64,000 nt of DNA from Eledone cirrhosa (lineage: Eukaryota). The notes under the pieces are model-generated. The model had not been told where the DNA came from. It saw only the letters and a program-made list of their open reading frames with translations, and searched no databases. The first letter of the stretch is position 1; every line of letters starts with the position of its first letter. The stretch lies in contig OZ024748.1 of assembly GCA_964016885.1 (NCBI GenBank), forward strand, positions 35,154,001-35,218,000. The letters run 5' to 3'. Shown here one piece after another: positions 41,962-56,097 of this stretch. A program made the translations under genes and the position numbers.

Positions 41962-42228
41962 TGTATATATATATATATACATATATATATATACACATAT
42001 ATATATATATATACATATATATGTAGGAGGTGAGTTTTATTGTAGTACAATAAAGCAATGCAGATATCGGATAAGAAGCACTCTACAGTTTGTAGGACTG
42101 GAGTATACATAATATAAGATCAAAAGATGGTTAAAGGAGTTCCATGTATTTTATTATGCGCATTTCAAATATGTTGATTTAAAACTGCACTTTCCACAAG
42201 TGTTTTTTAGCCTTCATATCATGTTCTG

Positions 42229-42295
42229 TTTTATCTGATGAAAACACAAATATTATTGCATGATGATGTTTGTTTTTGAAATGCGCATAATAAAA
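42229..42295 (+). ncRNA. Minimal type I hammerhead in an inverted Penelope-like fragment (42022-42335)
   Basis: ttttat-CTGATGA-...-GAAA-tgcgca-TA-ataaaa. Confidence 0.85.
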
Positions 42296-42339
42296 TACAT
42301 GGAACTCCTTTAACCATCTTTTGATCTTATATTATATAC

Positions 42340-42391
<52 letters not shown>

Positions 42392-42392
42392 G

Positions 42393-42438
<46 letters not shown>

Positions 42439-42443
42439 CATAC

Positions 42444-42564
<121 letters not shown>

Positions 42565-42565
42565 C

Positions 42566-42614
<49 letters not shown>

Positions 42615-42675
42615 CATACATATATATATATATACATATATATACATATATATATATACATATACATATAAATAC

Positions 42676-42706
<31 letters not shown>

Positions 42707-42968
42707 CATATAAATACATATATATATATATACATATATATATACATATATGCATATATATATATACATATACACATATATATACATATATACATATATA
42801 TATATACATATACATATATACATATACATATATACATATACACATATATATATATACATATACATATATACATATACACATATACATATACACATATATA
42901 TATATATATACATATACACACATATATATATATACATATACACATATATATATATATACATATATATA

Positions 42969-44833
42969 TCAACCAAGTCATACAGAATGGGGCTGTTCCA
43001 AAGGACTGGCGTAGCAGCATCATCGTTAACTGTTATAAGGGTAAAGGAGATGCCCTAGATAGGAGTAACTATAGAGGCATTAAATTAATCGACCAGGTCA
43101 TGAAGGTCACGGAAAAAGTAATAGCGCAACTAATCAGAGAGCGAATTGATCTAGATGAAATGCAGTTCGGGTTTGTGTCAGGAAAAAGTACCACAGACGC
43201 TCTTTTCATTGTACGACAACTACAGGAGAAGTACCTAGCTAAAAGTAAACCCCTATACTTAGCTTTCGTCGACTTGGAGAAAACCTTCGACAGAGTCCCC
43301 CGTTCCATTATCTGGTGGTCTCTTAGAAAACTAGGTGTTGATGAATGGCTTGTGAGAGCTATACAAGCCATGTATAAAGAAACAGTCAGCAAGGTTAGAA
43401 TTAACAACGAATATAGTGAAGAGTTTAGTGTAAAAGTTGGTGTTCATCAGGGCTCTGTTCTTAGCCCCCTACTATTTATTATTGCCCTCCAGGCTATAAC
43501 AGTGGAGTTCAAGACCGGCTGCCCATGGGAACTCCTATACGCAGATGATCTAACGCTCTTAGCTGAAACAATGGCCGAGCTAGAGAAGAAATTCCAAACA
43601 TGGAAGCACGGCCTAGAATCAAAAGGCCTTAAAATTAACCTGGCTAAGACTAAAGTTCTAGTTTGTAAGAAAGAAAATAAGGCGGCGGTCCCCTCCAGGA
43701 AGTGGCCATGCTCAGAGTGTAGGAAAGGCGTAGGTAGAAACTCCATTTTGTGTCCCAAATGCAAAGTTTGGGTGCATAAAAGATGTAGTGGGATCACAGG
43801 TAAGCTAACTAAGAACATAGATTTCACATGTGGCCGGTGTTCTGGGGCAATAAGTAGCAGCAAGTGCTCAAAAAATACTAGCTCTTTCAACTGCGCAGAG
43901 GGTTCTATAGAAATAGTGGACAGCTTCCGTTACCTGGGTGACAAAATCAGCAGTGGGGGAGGGTGCTCTGAAAGTACAGTAGCTAGAGTCAGAACTGGGT
44001 GGAAAAAGTTCAGTGAGCTCATACCACTATTAGCCGCTAAAGGGTTCTCCCTAAAAATGAAAGGCAGGTTGTACGATGCCTGCATACGAACAGCAATGTT
44101 GCACGGCATTGTGTGCTGAGGATATACGCAGACTAGAGAGAAACGAAGCTTGCATGCTCCGCTGGATGTGTAATAGTAATATACGTGAACGGCAAAGCAT
44201 AAACGAACTAAGGAAAAAATTAGAAATAAGAGGGATCAGATGTTGTTTACTCGAGAGAAGGCTACGTTGGTATGATCACGTGGTGCGCATGAAGGACGAT
44301 AGCTGTATAACAAAGTGTAGGGCAATAAAGATAGACGGTAGCCACGGAATAGGCAGACCCAGAAAAACCTGGGACGAGCTGATAAATTCCGACCTCACAC
44401 ACTTACACCTCACCAAGACAATGTCACTGGACCGAGACCTTTGGCGGTACTCAGTAATAGAGAAGACCCGCCTTACCTAAATACAAAGTAAAACCTACTA
44501 CAGTCAGTAGGCATCTCTAACAAAATACACCCCCGTCCCACCATCCCCACCCCATCCAGGCCGAAACAAATGAGATCGTGTAGGTGTCACGTCAAAAAAC
44601 ACACAGTTCACGCTGTAATGTGGCCGTGTAGGCAACACGGTAAAAACCTCCCAGCCCCACACTGTAAATGTGGTTGGTGTTAGGAAGGGCATCCAGCTGT
44701 AGAAAACCCGCCAGATAGTCCTATGCGAGCAAGATAACCACTCTTGCCTCAAGTGGGAAAACCCTCCGTCCAAACCCATGCAAGCATAGAACGTGGACGT
44801 TAAACGATGATGATGATGATGATGATGATGATG

Positions 44834-44834
<1 letters not shown>
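42969..44834 (+). mobile_element. RTE LINE family A', 5'-truncated
   Basis: The 339-aa RT/PHD ORF is almost identical to the 14282 ORF. 3' UTR and (GAT)n tail present. Confidence 0.95.
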
Positions 44835-44880
<46 letters not shown>

Positions 44881-44945
44881 CATATACACACATATATATA
44901 TATACATATACACATATATATATATACATATACACATATATATAT

Positions 44946-45012
<67 letters not shown>

Positions 45013-45013
<1 letters not shown>

Positions 45014-45984
45014 GTAGGAGGTGAGTTTTATTGTAGTACAATAAAGCAATGCAGATATCGGATAAGAAGCACTCTACAGTTTGTAGGACTGGAGTATACA
45101 TAATATATAAGATCAAAAGATGGTTAAATGAGTTCCATGTATTCTATTATGCGCATTTCAAAAACAAATATCATCATGCAATAACATTTGTGTTTTCATC
45201 AGATAAAATAGGACATGATATGAAGGTTAAAAACACTTGTGGATAGTGCAGTTTTAAATCAACATATGAAAAGTAGTTTTAGATTGATGTGTGATATTGG
45301 GGAAAACATTTGGGGGGGGGGGAGATGAGCGTAAAAAGTGGCGGGGGAGGAGTATAATGAGGAAGGATGAGATAGGAGGAGAGATGAGTGATAGAGAGAG
45401 AGAGATAGCTTTCATAACTGAGAAAAATATATTGTTTTACATAGAGAGGTTGAAAAAACCGTTGGAAGATAATGTATAAATTAAAAGAATTTGAAAATTA
45501 ACGAAGAGAAAAATAATATAAAGTTAAGGTTTGTATATTGAAGGGTTTAATAATATGTGCGATGAAAAGAAATTGTTAATATGTATTAAGAATAATATGT
45601 AAGGGTTTAATAATATGTGCGATGGAAAGAAAATGTTGATATGTATTATTAAAAAAAACAAAAGTAATCTAAGTAAGGATATATTGTGAGATGAGCATGA
45701 ATAAGTTAGATGAAAGTGAGAAAAAAATAATGAATAGAGGATGAATAATCTAACATAAAAAAAATGTTTATGTTTACGAAGGATTTTTTCAAGGTGATAT
45801 AAAGTAAGAATATAGTGTATTGTGTAATGTTTCTATGTTTAGGCACAGTGAGAAAAGGTACAGATTAGGGGTTAGAAATTAAAAGAAAAGAAAAAGGAAG
45901 AAAGGGAAGTGATGAATAGGAGTGATATAGAATATAATAAATAACTTTGAAATAAGGTAGAAAGATGGGTATATTTTTAAAGAA

Positions 45985-46023
<39 letters not shown>

Positions 46024-46095
46024 CCTTTGAGAAAAGGATTCTGAATTGATAAAGTTTAGGATATTAGCTGTATACTCTATGGAAAGTTCTATGTA
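45013..46095 (-). mobile_element. Penelope-like element 3' fragment with a hammerhead at 45142-45208
   Basis: Homologous to 33925-35135. The core CTGATGA/GAAA-tgcgca-TA is intact. Confidence 0.8.
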
Positions 46096-46119
46096 AAACA
46101 ATATATTTTTCTCAGTTAT

Positions 46120-46320
46120 GAAATCTTACAATGAAACGATTCATTTGGGGAATGAGATCTTTAATATATCTCATATAAAATAATACAGCCAATTATCCAC
46201 ACAATACAATATAGTTAGCACCCCAAACGTTTAATTGGGAATATACTCCGGTATTTCCTAATGTTTGTTGAGTGAGTTGGAATTTGGTCGGAGTATTGCT
46301 AATAGCTTTCTCCGTTTATG
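46120..46320. repeat. Unclassified dispersed repeat (also about 57160-57365, 57395-57535, 61535-61695)
   Basis: Shared block AGTTAGCACCCC..AACG..TAATTGGGAATATA...TTTCCTAATGTTTGTTGAGTGAGTTGGAATTTGG.CGGAGTA, next to (TA)n. Confidence 0.8.
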
Positions 46321-46339
46321 TATTTATATATATATATAT

Positions 46340-46374
<35 letters not shown>

Positions 46375-46375
46375 C

Positions 46376-46640
46376 ATTTCATTTCATTTTACGTCCGCTT
46401 TTTCCCTGCTTGCAAGGGTGGGAGGGGAACTGAATTTGGCTCGATTTCTACAGCTGGATGCCCTTCCTAACACCAACCCCAGTCCCTATCATCTCATTTC
46501 TACAGCTGAGTAAACTGGAGCAATGTGAAATAAAGTGTCTTACTCAAAGAAACAACACATAACCCGGTCTGAGAATTGAACTCGCAACCTTTCGATTGCA
46601 AGGCCAATGCTCTAACTACTAAGCCATGTGCCTCCACATA
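46376..46640 (-). mobile_element. tRNA-derived CORE-like SINE with an RTE family B tail
   Basis: Reverse complement of the 9747-10088 family, with an internal deletion. Confidence 0.85.
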
Positions 46641-46777
46641 TATAATATATGTATATATATTATATGTATATATATATATTGACTCTGCAAATTCACCTCT
46701 TATGTGAAAGGGTTAATTTAGCTTTGTTCTAGAGAAGAAACTTAGAGAAATGAGATTTAATGACAGTAATTTAATAC

Positions 46778-47146
46778 CTGTTTTACGGAAATGTTCCTCT
46801 AGTTGTTCTTTTGTAACACTATAAGGTAGATTACCAACAAACACAACATACGCCTTCTTCACTGGTTTATTATCCACAGACATATTCTTATCAGACGTGA
46901 CATCATTACTGGTGTTGGAGATAGATTTCTTTGGTTTTGGTGATACTGTTTTGGCTTTGGAAGGACTAGCTTTCTTTTCTTTGGTCTTTTTCTTGGAACT
47001 TTTGCTGCTAACTGGTGTTACTTTAGCTGCTGCTGTTATAGGTTTCTTACTGTGACGAGGTGATATACGTTTCGTAGAGAGAACCAACTTGGACTGAAAC
47101 CCACTGCTACTTTCACACATTTCCAATGTTCTTTTCGATCGTCGAA
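46778..47146 (-). CDS. NOP6: Nop6-like RRM protein: Lys/Ser-rich region and RNP2 exon
   Basis: Acceptor ctcccAG (47147-47148) and donor GTATTA (46777). Encodes ...KKAYVVFVGNLPYSVTKEQLEEHFRKT(G). The phase 1 end joins the 8775 exon. Confidence 0.88.
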
Positions 47147-47249
47147 CTGGGAGATAAAAGACAATAATTAAATATTTCTATATAAACAAGTTTATTAATT
47201 TAAAATTTCCACGACTCTTTCTCTTTGGCACCAATGATAATTATCATCT

Positions 47250-48795
47250 CATACCTCCTCTCTCTCTAATAACCCCTTGGTACACCATTATCATCCCATA
47301 CCACCTCTCTCTTTAATAACCCCTTGGTACACCATTATTATCCCATACCACCTCTCTCTCTAATAACCCCTTGGTACACCATTATCATCCCATACCACCT
47401 CTCTCTTTAATAACCCCTTGGTACACCATTATTATCCCATACCACCTCTCTCTCTAATAACCCCTTGGTACACCATTATTATCCCATACCACCTCTCTCT
47501 CTAATAACCCCTTGGTACACCATTATTATCCCATACCACCTCTCTCTTTAATAACCCCTTGGTACACCATTATTATCCCATACCACCTCTCTCTTTAATA
47601 ACCCCTTGGTACACCATTATTATCCCATACCACCTCTCTCTCTAATAACCCCTTGGTACACCATTATTATCCCATACCACCTCTCTCTCTAATAACCCCT
47701 TGGTACACCATTATTATCCCATACCACCTCTCTTTCTAATAACCCCTTGGTACACCATTATTATCCCATACCACCTCTCTCTCTAATAACCCCTTGGTAC
47801 ACCATTATTATCCCATACCACCTCTCTCTCTAATAACCCCTTGGTACACCATTATTATCCCATACCACCTCTCTCTCTAATAACCCCTTGGTACACCATT
47901 ATTATCCCATACCACCTCTCTCTCTAATAACCCCTTGGTACACCATTATTATCCCATACCACCTCTCTTTCTAATAACCCCTTGGTACACCATTATTATC
48001 CCATACCACCTCTCTCTCTAATAACCCCTTGGTACACCATTATTATCCCATACTACCTCTCTCTCTAATAACCCCTTGGTACACCATTATTATCCCATAC
48101 CACCTCTCTCTAATAACCCCTTGGTACACCATTATTATCCCATACCACCTCTCTCTCTAATAACCCCTTGGTACACCATTATTATCCCATACCACCTCTC
48201 TCTCTAATAACCCCTTGGTACACCATTATTATCCCATACCACCTCTCTCTCTAATAACCCCTTGGTACACCATTATTATCCCATACCACCTCTCTCTCTA
48301 ATAACCCCTTGGTACACCATTATTATCCCATACCACCTCTCTCTCTAATAACCCCTTGGTACACCATTATTATCCCATACTACCTCTCTCTCTAATAACC
48401 CCTTGGTACACCATTATTATCCCATACTACCTCTCTCTCTAATAACCCCTTGGTACACCATTATTATCCCATACCACCTCTCTCTCTAATAACCCCTTGG
48501 TACACCATTATTATCCCATACTACCTCTCTCTCTAATAACCCCTTGGTACACCATTATTATCCCATACCACCTCTCTCTCTAATAACCCCTTGGTACACC
48601 ATTATTATCCCATACCACCTCTCTCTCTAATAACCCCTTGGTACACCATTATTATCCCATACTACCTCTCTCTCTAATAACCCCTTGGTACACCATTATT
48701 ATCCCATACTACCTCTCTCTCTAATAACCCCTTGGTACACCATTATTATCCCATACCACCTCTCTCTCTAATAACCCCTTGGTACACCATTATCA
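47250..48795. repeat. 47-bp minisatellite (about 33 units), intronic
   Basis: Unit CATACCACCTCTCTCTCTAATAACCCCTTGGTACACCATTATTATCC. Confidence 0.97.
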
Positions 48796-49020
48796 TCTCA
48801 GTATCAAAAGACAAGAATTGATGGAAATTAATTGTAGCATAAGCAGTTTATTTACTATAAATATAATCACAAAAGATGGCATTAGGAGGGGCATCCAGCT
48901 GTAGAAACCAAGTGAAAATCAGCCCCAGGTGAGTGAAACAAGGTCCTCTGACCTGATTCTCTCCCAAAGGGTCAGCCTGTCCTACCCAGGCTAGTGTGGA
49001 AGATGGATGTTAAACAATGA

Positions 49021-49074
<54 letters not shown>

Positions 49075-49249
49075 CACACACACACATATATATAATACAC
49101 ACACAAACATATATAAATATACACACACACACGTGTAAATATATAAACACACACATCATTTAACGTCAATTTTCCATGCTAGCATGGGTTAGACGGGTTT
49201 GTCCCATCTGAGGCATGTTGGGTCGGGTGACCGTGTCTCACTCATACAT

Positions 49250-50403
49250 CATCATCATCTTTGTTTAACGTCCATCTTCCACGCTAGCATGGGTTAGAGA
49301 GGAGTTGTCCCAGTTGAGGCAAGGCTGGTCGGGTGACCGTGTCTCGCTCATATAGGACTATCTGGCAGGTTTTCTACGGCTGGATGCCCTTCCTAACACC
49401 AACCACATTTACAGTGTGGAACTGGGAACTTTTTATCATGTTACCTACACGGCCACATTACAGCGTGGACTGTGTGTGTTTTTTGTCGTGACACCTACAC
49501 GATCTCGATCTCATTTTCTCGTGCTGTTGGTGGGAGTGGGTGGATGGGGTAGGGGTAGTGGATTGGGGTGTATATTTGGTTAAGAGGTGCCTACTGACTG
49601 TAGGTTTCGCTTTGTACATAGGCAAGGCATGTCTTCTGTATTACTGCGTAGCGCCAAAAATCTCGGTCCAGAGACATTGTCTTAGAGAGGTGTAAGTGTG
49701 TAAGGTCGGAATTTATCAGATCGTCCCAGGTTTTTCTGGGTCTACCTACTCTGTAACTACCATCCATTTTGATCACCCTGCACTTTTTTATGCAGCTGTC
49801 GTCTTTCATGCGCATCACGTGACCATACCAACGTAGTCTTCTCTCAAGTAAACAGCATCTGATCCCTCTTATTCCTAATTTCTCACTTAGTTCATTTATG
49901 CTTTGCCGTTCACGTATATTACTATTACACATCCAACGGAGCATGCAAGCTTCGTTCCTTTCCAGTCTACGCAGGTCCTCTGCACATAATGCCCATGTCT
50001 CACTGCCATGTAGCATTGCTGTTCATATACAGGCATCATACAATCTGCCTTTCATTTTTAGAGAGAAACCTTTTGTGGCCAACAGCGGTATAAGCTCTCT
50101 GAACTTTTTCCATCACGTTCTGACTCTGGCTACTGTACTTTCAGAGCACCCTCCACCACTGTTGATTTTGTCACCCAGGTAACGGAAAGTGTCTACTATT
50201 TCTATAGAACCATCTGGGCAATAGAAGGAGCTAGTATCCTTTGGACACTTGCTACTTATTGCACCTGAGCATTGGTCACATATAAAGTCTACGTTCTTAG
50301 ATAGTTTACCTGTGATCCCACTACATCTTTTATGTACCCATACTTTGCATTTGGGACATAAAATTGAATTTCTGCCTACTCCTTTCCTACACACTGAGCA
50401 TGG
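49250..50403 (-). mobile_element. RTE LINE family A 3' fragment (PHD finger, C-terminus, 3' UTR)
   Basis: ORFs 50113..50427 and 49591..50016. Near-identical to 10830-11405 and supplies the 3' end missing there. Confidence 0.92.
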
Positions 50404-50577
50404 ATATATATGGTACCACAACATCAACTGTGTTGGACACAGACAATTTTTAGTTAATGAAGAATATCTTTCGGTTTTGGAAGGTCAGTGGAGGTCACAG
50501 ACACAGCCATAAAAAGATTTACAACATACACTAATATAAAAGTCACATGTCAACTCAAAATATATGGCAAGTTGTAA

Positions 50578-51090
50578 ATGGTTGAGGGACTGGGAAGTTA
50601 GATATGGTTGTGGGTAAGGGACCTCAGATGTGGTTGAAGGACTGGGAAGTTAGATATGGTTGTGGGTAAGGGACTTCAGATGTGGTTAAGGGACTGGGAA
50701 GTTAGATATGGTTGTGGGTCAGGGACCTCGGATGTGGTTGAGGGACTGGGAAGTTAGATATGGTTGTGGGTAAGGGACCTCAGATGTGGTTGAGGGATTG
50801 GGAAGTTAGATATGGTTGTGGGTAAGGGACCTCAGATGTGGTTGAGGAACTGGGAAGTTAGATATGGTTGTGGTTGAGGGACTGGGAAGTTAGATATGGT
50901 TGTGGGTAAGGGACTGGGAAGTTAGATATGGTTGTGGGTAAGGGACCTCAGATGTGGTTAAGGGACTGGGAAGTTAGATATGGTTGTGGGTAAGGGACCT
51001 CAGATGTGGTTGAGGGACTGGGAAGTTAGATATGGTTGTGGGTAAAGGACCTCAGATGTGGTTGAGGGAAGTTAGATTTCGTTGTGGGTC
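50578..51090. repeat. 52-bp G-rich minisatellite adjacent to a 5' splice site
   Basis: Unit GAGGGACTGGGAAGTTAGATATGGTTGTGGGTAAGGGACCTCAGATGTGGTT. Confidence 0.95.
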
Positions 51091-51105
51091 AGGCATTAAA
51101 CTTAC

Positions 51106-51160
51106 CTTTGGACTTTTCATTTTTCCATTTGTTTGTTTTGCTTCTTGTAGATTTTTCTGT
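51106..51160 (-). CDS. NOP6: Nop6-like protein, short upstream exon
   Basis: Acceptor tcttttacAG and donor AAG|GTAAGT. Encodes TEKSTRSKTNKWKNEKSK plus 1 nt, in phase with the 47146 exon. Confidence 0.72.
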
Positions 51161-51418
51161 CTGTAAAAGAAGACAAAATATTGACAGAGATATAGAAACA
51201 GCATTTACAATAGAATAGAAATATAGTTAACAAGAGTATTGTCTGGTCCACAAAAACAGCACCACTTCTAACATTATTATACTGACCTCTGCTCCTCACC
51301 ACCATCAGACCTCATACTAACCATTTTACTGTCCTTCCTACCCCAAAATATTAGGCTTGTGGAATTCACTCTTTTCACATTGTTTTCTGCAAACATCAAT
51401 TCGAGGTTATGGATAGTG

Positions 51419-51913
51419 CATGGCCTAGTGGTTTGTGTTGAGCTCCTAACAATAAAGTTGTGAGTTTGATTCACATGGCCTAGTGGTTTGTGTGGTGCTC
51501 CTAACAATAAAGTTGTGAGTTTGATTCACATGGCCTAGTGGTTTGTGTGGTGCTCCTAACAATAAAGTTGTGAGTTTGATTCACATGGCCTAGTGGTTTG
51601 TGTTGAGCTCCTAACAATAAAGTTGTGAGTTTGATTCACATGGCCTAGTGGTTTGTGTTGAGCTCCTAACAATAAAGTTGTGAGTTTGATTCACATGGCC
51701 TAGTGGTTTGTGTTGAGCTCCTAACAATAAAGTTGTGAGTTTGATTCACATGGCCTAGTGGTTTGTGTGGTGCTCCTAACAATAAAGTTGTGAGTTTGAT
51801 TCACATGGCCTAGTGGTTTGTGTGGTGCTCCTAACAATAAAGTTGTGAGTTTGATTCATATAGCCTAGTGGTTTGTGTGGTGCTCCTAACAATAAAGTTG
51901 TGAGTTTGATTCC
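51419..51913 (+). repeat. 9 x 55-bp tandem array derived from a tRNA-like SINE head
   Basis: Unit CATGGCCTAGTGGTTTGTGTTGAGCTCCTAACAATAAAGTTGTGAGTTTGATTCA, with A-box- and B-box-like motifs. Confidence 0.85.
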
Positions 51914-52744
51914 CAAACTGGATGATCCATTGTTTTCCTCATTCCGTCAGCTGAAAATGAATACCAGCGACAGCAAAAGATTAACTTCATGGTGGGCTTA
52001 ATCTGCACAAAATGTTTCAAGCTTCATCCAAACGTTACAAGCATGGAAAACCATATATAAAACAATCTATTAAAGCTCAATTTATCCTACAAGTATACCA
52101 AATACCGCTTCATATACAGCCCCCAAATATATCTAAATAATTGTTTCTACTTTTGACACAAGACCAGTAATTACCCAATGTATTACTGCTACTTTATTTT
52201 ATCTACCCCGTAAGGATGAAAGGCAAAGTTAACCTCGGCGGGATTTGAACTCAGAATGGCAAGGGCCGTAACTCAATGCGTCAAAGCATGGCGTCCGACC
52301 CTCTACCGATACTGCCAATCCACCGTCTAAATAATTGGAGCTAATCTATTAAACCTCAATTTATCCTCCAAGTTACTGCAGTCTTCATATACCAGACAGG
52401 GGTTTCTAAGTCTGTTATTGGCTTTAACAATAAACAGATAACATTGTTTTCTATCTCACATTAGAGTCAACAAAAATTAAAAAATTTGTATTGATAACAA
52501 CAGATATCTATCTTTATGATGACAAGCTGTTGATATCATGGTTACAGGGATATTAACAGTGTAACCTTTAAAAGCTGTTGACATCATGGTTACTGAGATA
52601 TCAACGAAGTCACCTTTAAAAGCTCTACTAATTTAGATAGTATACCGTTGCCATAATCTAACGTGACTTCACCAAACTCCATTTCACATCATATAACCAT
52701 TACCATCATTTGACGTCCGTTTTGCTTGGGTTTACACACACGCG

Positions 52745-52785
<41 letters not shown>

Positions 52786-52990
52786 CCATAATCCAAGTTC
52801 ATTGTGTACCAAATATTAAGTTACTGTAAATTTGAGTTTGTTTTTGTAAATTAATAAATAACGGTTGTATGTTTAAGTATTATTAAAAATACATCTTAAA
52901 GGTAAAAAATAGAACATTTCGTCCGTTTTACTGAATTTATTGCTTATATACACGTTGGGATTAAGTTTAGGGTTTCCTCGACAGTTCGTA

Positions 52991-53055
<65 letters not shown>

Positions 53056-53145
53056 ATTTGGCAAATCTGCCAAATCAACTTTTCAAATGCAAGTCGATGT
53101 TGAAAGGTATGTCGAATCTATTTATTTATAAGACTGTCTATATTG

Positions 53146-53211
53146 TATTTTGTCTGAAGAAGGCATAACATATTGTTAATATGATATCCCTGAAATATAT
53201 ATAATGAAATA
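53146..53211 (+). ncRNA. Minimal type I hammerhead ribozyme in a ~200-bp TA-flanked element
   Basis: tattttgt-CTGAAGA-agg...cct-GAAA-tatata-TA-atgaaata. Confidence 0.72.
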
Positions 53212-53251
53212 AATATGGTTTTATAAATATAATTTCCATTTATTTAATATC

Positions 53252-53291
<40 letters not shown>

Positions 53292-53715
53292 GTAAAAACT
53301 TCCTTTATATATTGCATAGAGTAGTACCCTGCTTTTCAGTCTCCCCGGTGGAGACACCGCAGACATACATAAAGATAGATATATATACAAACAAGTTTGA
53401 ATGAGTTGGTAAAGGTATATATAAAGACTAGAGAAATTTAAAACTATAAAATATAATTTTGTAGTCCACAACAAGATGAGTAATAAAGTCTAATGAAACG
53501 TCCGTAGGTCCATTAAATGTTATAATAATCCTCGTCTAAACTTTCATTATATATACATAGTCCCCCCAAAATATATACACACTTCAACAACATTCTATGT
53601 GCATACATTTCTGGGGGACACCCTGTGTATGTATGTAATGAGTGTTTAAAAGACTGAGATATGTTGTATATATGTGTAATTGTTTACATACATATCTCGT
53701 CCAACTGTCCACAAT

Positions 53716-54160
53716 AGTTGGAATATATTAAAGTTGAAATATATTTAAAATATATTAAAGTTGGAATATATTTAAAATATATTAAAGTTGGAAAATATTT
53801 AAAATATATTAAAGTTGGAATATATTTAAAATATATTAAAGTTGGAAAATATTTAAAATATATTAAAGTTGGAATATATTTAAAATATATTAAAGTTGGA
53901 ATATATTTAAAATATATTAAAGTTGGAAAATATTTAAAATATATTAAAGTTGGAATATATTTAAAATATATTAAAGTTGGAAAATATTTAAAATATATTA
54001 AAGTTGGAATATATTTAAAATATATTAAAGTTGGAAAATATTTAAAATATATTAAAGTTGGAAAATATTTAAAATATATTAAAGTTGGAATATATCTAAA
54101 ATATATTAAAGTTGGAATATATTTAAAATATATTAAAGTTGGAATATATTTAAAATATAT
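53716..54160. repeat. 27-bp AT-rich minisatellite
   Basis: Unit GTTGGAATATATTTAAAATATATTAAA. Confidence 0.96.
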
Positions 54161-54700
54161 TTAATCCGTAGAAAGGAGAGACAAGGATTGAAATTGTAGA
54201 AATAAGAATGGACGTCGTTTGTTGACTTCCAGTAAAAAATATAAAGGATTTAGTTTTGAAGAATTGACAACATGATGGTATTAATGGCGGTGCTTGTTTA
54301 GCCAGTGGTCAACTGTTATTGATAGAAAGGGGTTCTAACCGTGACCATCACATCTATAGTGGGTCTTTTATTTAAGACAATGGAGTGGAGCTTAGATAAT
54401 TGGGGAAATGTGAAGAGACTGGTGAAAGTGGTGGTAATGGTAGTAGTGGTTGTGGTGGTAGTAGTCGTAGTAGCGGTTGTGGTAGAGGTGGTAGTAGTAG
54501 TGGTGGTGTTGGACAGATTCCATGTCTATCTGTGGGGCAAACTACGACAAAGACACTTTAACCACATTCAAACACATACACACACATATATATATACTTT
54601 GAGGGCGGCTGGCTGAGTGGCTAGTCGGTTAGCCGTCCCCTCTGTCTTTGATTTTTCGGACCCATGGGTTTTTACATATTCCTTTGTTATATTCCAATAC

Positions 54701-54750
54701 CTGATGATATCACCGGATTCATATGGAACCCGGTCATTGAAATGATCATA
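54701..54750 (+). ncRNA. Hammerhead core with disrupted stem I
   Basis: CTGATGA-tatcaccgg...ccggtcatt-GAAA-tgatca-TA. Confidence 0.5.
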
Positions 54751-54795
54751 ATAAACCTTTCAAGGATTTACACCAGTCCAGCCTCCTGTTACTTC

Positions 54796-54842
<47 letters not shown>

Positions 54843-55881
54843 TACACAATAGCAGACGCAATCATACATATATACAGGGATACACACACAGAAATAATAG
54901 ACGCTGTCATACACATATATACACACATACATTACATATATACAGAGATACACACAATAACAGACACAGTCAAAGATATATACAAACATACAGGGATATA
55001 CACACATACATATATATATAGAAATACATGGATATATATATATAGAGAGAGAGAGACGCACACACCAGAAGGACATGAGACAAAATGGCCAGATGATGTT
55101 AAGTGATGTGACTCCTTTCCTAAACACAGCCAACTTTCATGGTGACTGATACTATAATATTTCTATTTCACTGGAGGGAGGAAAATATTGTAGCTGTGTT
55201 AGTGTGTAAACTATTTAAAGGTGTCACTGTGTAAATAAAGTCCCTGAGTGTGTAAAATATTTAAAGCTGTGTTGGAGTAATAGATGATGTTTTGTATGAT
55301 TGTGTGTAAATAAAGCCGTGTCTTTGAATTAGTGAGGTATGTAGATATATTATAGGGTTCTGACAGACCCCGACAAGCAGTCAGAGAAGACATTCTAGCC
55401 ATGACCATACTGTCACACAAAATGGTCAGATGAAGCCTTCCTTTCTAAACAAGAACCAACTTTTTGTGACGACTGGCACTACAATATTTGTGTTTGTATT
55501 TCTATGATGTGACATGTCACTGTAAAAGTGTTAGGTTTAGGGAGTTACACGTGTTGGATAGGTTTTAGGGGCTGGCAGCAATGTGTTGATGGTTTCATAG
55601 ATTAGGGGCTATGGTTGGCGTTAGGGAGGGCATCAAGATGTAAAAACAAAGCCAGAAACGGGACATGGTCATCAGATTTAACTCGTCTCACAACAGGACA
55701 ACCCGTCTAACCCATGCTAGCGTGGAAAATGTACCTTAAACGGTGATATATATATATAAGAAAATGGGGCTTTAAAAAACCCCCAGATGTCCCACACAGA
55801 TGCGAGACACTATAACAGAAACACAAACCCCTCTATCTCAATTTTACTTTTGAAAATCATAACCGTTGCATTTTCAATTTC

Positions 55882-55933
<52 letters not shown>

Positions 55934-56044
55934 GAAATTATATGATTACGCAAGCAGCGATACATAGGTATTCCGTCTGTTACAGAAACATATATCAATA
56001 CCTAATAAATTCCTTTTCAAAAAAAGCACTTTCATTTTATATTC

Positions 56045-56097
<53 letters not shown>

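Noticed and set aside
47250-51913. CRISPR-like arrays
   Set aside because: The units are head-to-tail with no unique spacers, in a eukaryotic context.
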